From positions 1,664,001 to 1,728,000 of the forward strand of contig OZ242214.1 of NCBI GenBank assembly GCA_965206595.1: DNA of 64,000 nucleotides, in the 5' to 3' direction. Every line of letters starts with the position of its first letter. The first letter of the stretch is position 1. Position numbers and translations under genes: made by a program. Shown piece after piece: positions 60,676 through 64,000 of the stretch. Below the pieces are notes generated by a model. It did not search any database and was not told where the DNA came from. It saw only the letters and a list, made by a program, of their open reading frames with translations. The DNA comes from Candidatus Latescibacterota bacterium. Lineage in GTDB: Bacteria; Latescibacterota; UBA2968; UBA8231.

Positions 60676-61799
60676 TGGCGGCTGGCCACGGGCAGCTGCG
60701 CGTCGGGCTGGTGGGAACGGGGGGGGTGTGCGACCAGGTTCACTACCCCGGCTTTTCACGCATTCCCGGAGTGGAGGTGGCGGCGCTGGTCGAAGTCGAC
60801 TCCGACCTTCTCGTCAGCAGGTTGCGCGAATGGGAGGTTTCCGAGGGGTACACCACCCTTACCGAGGCGCTGCAAAAGGCGGAGCTCGACGCGGTCGCCA
60901 TCGCTACGCCCAACAATCTGCACCGGGATCTCATAGAGGAAGCCTTGGGAGCGGGGTGCCACGTCCTGTGCGAGAAGCCTCTCGGAATGAACTACGAAGA
61001 GACCCGCGAGATCTACGAAACGGCCGCTTGCTCCGGCCGGAGGCACATGACCGCCTTTTCCTACCGGTTCGTCCCGGGAATGACCTATCTGAAGCACCTC
61101 GTCGATGCGGGTGAGCTGGGCAAAATCAGGCATGCCCGTTTTCAACGCCTTCAGGACTGGGGAGAGCATGCTATCGGCTGGCGGCAATTCAAGGATCGGG
61201 CGGGATCGGGCGAACTCGGTGACATGGGCATCCACCGCATCGATTTTGCCGAGAATCTGCTGGGGCCGATCCGTTCGGTCTGCGCGCACATGAAGCAGTT
61301 GGCGCGCCGGAACCGAACCGAGGCTGGACAGCCTTGTCCCCCCCAGGACGTCGAGGATTGGGTCGCTTGGATCGCCGAGTTCGAGAGTGGGGCCACTGCC
61401 GTGTTCGAGATGGGGAAATTGACCAAGGGACACGGGCCGCAGGGAGATCACGACCTCGCCGAGTTGAACGGCACCAGGGCTTCCGGGGCTTATCGCCTGC
61501 ACACGCCGCACGAGATTCAGCTCGGGGAACGCCGCTGCCCGTACAGGACCGTCCAGGTTCCCGAACGATTCCTCAAACGTACCGGTTCGCCGCGCGATCC
61601 CAATGAGGGGGTCCCGACGACGGTATTCCGCTACGATCAGGCCTGGGAGTTCGTCTCCGCCATCAGGGAAGGCCGCGAGTGCGTGCCCTCCTTCTATCAC
61701 GGGATGCGGGCCCAGCTGGTTGCCGACATGGTGGTGAAGGCGGCGAGCGAGCGCCGCTGGGTGGACGTTCCCGAAATCGAGCCGTTCTCCTCCCCATAG
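60672..61799 (+). CDS. Gfo/Idh/MocA oxidoreductase
   Basis: VGTGG, IATPNNLH, HVLCEKP, GELGDMGIHRID. Confidence 0.92.
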   Translation: MMAAGHGQLRVGLVGTGGVCDQVHYPGFSRIPGVEVAALVEVDSDLLVSRLREWEVSEGYTTLTEALQKAELDAVAIATPNNLHRDLIEEALGAGCHVLCEKPLGMNYEETREIYETAACSGRRHMTAFSYRFVPGMTYLKHLVDAGELGKIRHARFQRLQDWGEHAIGWRQFKDRAGSGELGDMGIHRIDFAENLLGPIRSVCAHMKQLARRNRTEAGQPCPPQDVEDWVAWIAEFESGATAVFEMGKLTKGHGPQGDHDLAELNGTRASGAYRLHTPHEIQLGERRCPYRTVQVPERFLKRTGSPRDPNEGVPTTVFRYDQAWEFVSAIREGRECVPSFYHGMRAQLVADMVVKAASERRWVDVPEIEPFSSP

Positions 61800-62191
61800 A
61801 GAAATAGCCGAGGAACAAGGTCGTCCAAGAAGCCGCCCGCCGGTACCGTGGAGGGTTACCATCCCGGCTGGGGGCGGTCATTCCAGAAGAGGTGGTTGCT
61901 CGCGGAAGGAAGAAGGTGCCCGCCGGGAAAGACGAAACCGCCAGCCGCCTTGGCCTTTGATGTGGGATCCGGCGACAGTGAGCAGGAGCTCTGCCAGATC
62001 GGAATCCCTCAAATCCGGTTCGTTGCGGTCACCGTCAATGACCGGAGACCGGCGGTTCCCACGTCAGACTCGAGCGAACGGCATTTCACCAGAGAACCGG
62101 GCTGCTGCTGCGACCTGTGAATCGGCGATTCTCCGGCTGATCCCTTGAAAATTTTCGCAGTGGGCTCTGGGCTTTGCGATGGAAGTGCAGA

Positions 62192-64000
62192 TCAGCTCTC
62201 ACGCAGGGCGACGACGATATCTCTCAGTACCCGGGGGTCCGACAGCACGGCGCGATGGCGCTCGGGCAACCATAGCTTCCAACCACCGGAATAGGCCCTG
62301 TGCCGGCCTCCTGCGAACAGGGCGGACGCAGGAGAAACCACCGGATCTCCATTGATTCGAAAGCTGACCACGCGATCGGCCATCTTGGGGAATTCGGGGT
62401 TTTCGAGAAAGCTGCTGTCTGGAGCGAGGTCGGCAAGAAGCCGCGGAAACCTGCTGCGCGGCCATTTTGAAACGGCAGCCACCCACGTTCCTCGAAACGG
62501 AGTCGCCAGCGCGAAAACGCGGCTGCGGTTGTTTTCCCGGGCGTGACGAATCGCGACCAGGCCCCCGAGGCTGTGTCCGACGTAATCAGCTTCGGTACCC
62601 GGCTGTTCCGGTACCTGCGCGACGAGCTCCGCCAACGGCTTGTCCCGGTTCAAGTGCGGGAAAATCACCTGCGTGTCGGTGTTGGAGAAGCAGCGATGCA
62701 ATGTGTCGAGAAACGGTTTCCAGCGCAGTGGGCTGCTGTCGTACCCGTGTAGGAGGACGAGTGGTCGGGCAAGAGGTCGGGGGTCAGCGGCGAACCTAGC
62801 CAGCTCCCTCCGGGCGCGACCCCTGTCAATCCCGTGCCGTATCCGGGCAACTGCAGCCATAATGGCCAGTCCGATCGCGCATAGGAGCAACAGGATATCC
62901 CCGTGGCGAACGTAGAAGGTCGCGGGGACGGGTTGCGGCAGGCCGACGGCAATGGCCGTCGTTTCGAACAGGTTTGTAGCCGCCAGCACCCTGCCGCTGG
63001 GGGCGACGGCCCCCGAGATTCCGGTGTTGGCAGCCCGCACCATGGGTAACCCGCATTCCACCGCTCGCACCGCGGCCATGGCCATGTGCTGGTACGGTGC
63101 GGAGGTGTGGCCGAACCAAGCATCGTTGGTGGTGTTGATCAGCAGGTTCGCATTGTTCAGCGCCAGGGTTCGAGTGATTTCCGGGAAGATCGACTCGTAG
63201 CAGATGAAGACGCCGAGGCGAAGATCCCCGTCCGGCAGCCCGATGACGCGATGCGAGTCCCCGCGGGTGAAACGACCGCTTTCGGCGGTGAGCTGATCGA
63301 GGTATGAGAAAAGTTGCGGGAGCGGCAGGTATTCGCCGAATGGCACCAGGTGGACCTTGTCGGCGAAGTCGACGAGTTCTCCCCTCCGATCCATCAGGAA
63401 GGCGCGATTGTAAATAGGATGACCGGCGACTCCACTACGGCCTTCGAGGCTGCCTACCAGTATCGGGGTGTCCAGTTGGCGGGCCAATCCGGCGACTCGC
63501 TCCCTGTACTCCTCGTAAACCGGGTCGGTCAGGTAGTAGGGAAGGGCGGTCTCCGGGAAAACGATCAGGTCGTATTCTTCGCCGGAGTTCTCCGCCATGA
63601 ATTCGCGCGTCAGCTCGATGTAGTGGTCGGTGGTGCGACGCTTCCGGTCGGCCTTCCACTTTGCGTCTTGGGGGATGCTGCCTTGGATGACAGCCACCCG
63701 GAACAGTTCTGCGGCTGTAGGTTCGTTCGGGACCGTTGCCAGCCGATGATGGCCGTACGCCACGATGCCCACCATCGCTATCAGGACCGGACCTGAACAG
63801 AACAGGAGTCGTCGGGGCACCAGGATGGCCTGAGCCGCAGTGGCATTTACCAGGACTACGGCGAAACTGAGACCGTAGATTCCCGTGACGGATGCGAACT
63901 GCAACAAGGGGAGGTTCTGATGCTGGGAATACCCTATCTGCTGCCAGGGAAATCCGGTGAGGATCCAGGACTGGGCCCAGTCGAGTAGAACCCAGACCGA
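62192..64000 (-). CDS. lnt: Apolipoprotein N-acyltransferase with C-terminal alpha/beta-hydrolase domain (5' end outside window)
   Basis: TGFPW, catalytic triad motifs FPE, K-HLVPFGEY, ICYE, then NDAWFG, RAANTGIS; after the last TM: LLHGY, GHSLGG, TPFRG, GDPVV. Confidence 0.92.
   Translation of the reverse strand, partial: SVWVLLDWAQSWILTGFPWQQIGYSQHQNLPLLQFASVTGIYGLSFAVVLVNATAAQAILVPRRLLFCSGPVLIAMVGIVAYGHHRLATVPNEPTAAELFRVAVIQGSIPQDAKWKADRKRRTTDHYIELTREFMAENSGEEYDLIVFPETALPYYLTDPVYEEYRERVAGLARQLDTPILVGSLEGRSGVAGHPIYNRAFLMDRRGELVDFADKVHLVPFGEYLPLPQLFSYLDQLTAESGRFTRGDSHRVIGLPDGDLRLGVFICYESIFPEITRTLALNNANLLINTTNDAWFGHTSAPYQHMAMAAVRAVECGLPMVRAANTGISGAVAPSGRVLAATNLFETTAIAVGLPQPVPATFYVRHGDILLLLCAIGLAIMAAVARIRHGIDRGRARRELARFAADPRPLARPLVLLHGYDSSPLRWKPFLDTLHRCFSNTDTQVIFPHLNRDKPLAELVAQVPEQPGTEADYVGHSLGGLVAIRHARENNRSRVFALATPFRGTWVAAVSKWPRSRFPRLLADLAPDSSFLENPEFPKMADRVVSFRINGDPVVSPASALFAGGRHRAYSGGWKLWLPERHRAVLSDPRVLRDIVVALRES

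Noticed and set aside
61800-62191. Intergenic gaps (also 1076-1344 and 44354-44651) as possible ncRNA or tRNA loci
   Set aside because: No tRNA cloverleaf or recognisable ncRNA motif, and the short ORFs lack coding signatures

Overview
GC-rich bacterial chromosomal window, about 50 genes, mostly for uptake and catabolism of sugars, sugar acids and amino acids. These include ABC, SSS, BCCT and TonB-dependent transport, enolase-superfamily dehydratases, FGGY/PfkB/GHMP kinases, Gfo/Idh/MocA and SDR dehydrogenases, amidohydrolases and cupins. Housekeeping genes include a pabB-pabC fusion, panB, an RNase II-like gene, an ATL, a MATE pump and lnt. The gene content resembles marine or sponge-associated heterotrophs such as Latescibacterota (inference only). 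An accessory stretch at about 14.0-20.7 kb holds a truncated hicA with intact hicB, a membrane-anchored Sel1-repeat protein, an FRG-domain gene cleanly split by an IS1380 element (inverted repeats and 5-bp target duplication visible), and an ankyrin/FGE-fold lipoprotein whose C-terminus looks like a DGR variable region. An IS3 element truncates an ADP-ribosyltransferase-like ORF that is coupled to a B12 radical SAM gene. Other notable items are an Lnt fused to a C-terminal alpha/beta-hydrolase, an internally deleted TonB-receptor paralog, a divergent galactokinase-like kinase, and many frameshifts that reflect either sequencing error or gene decay. No rRNA, tRNA, CRISPR array or reverse transcriptase was seen. 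All calls come from motif recognition; no database searches were run.
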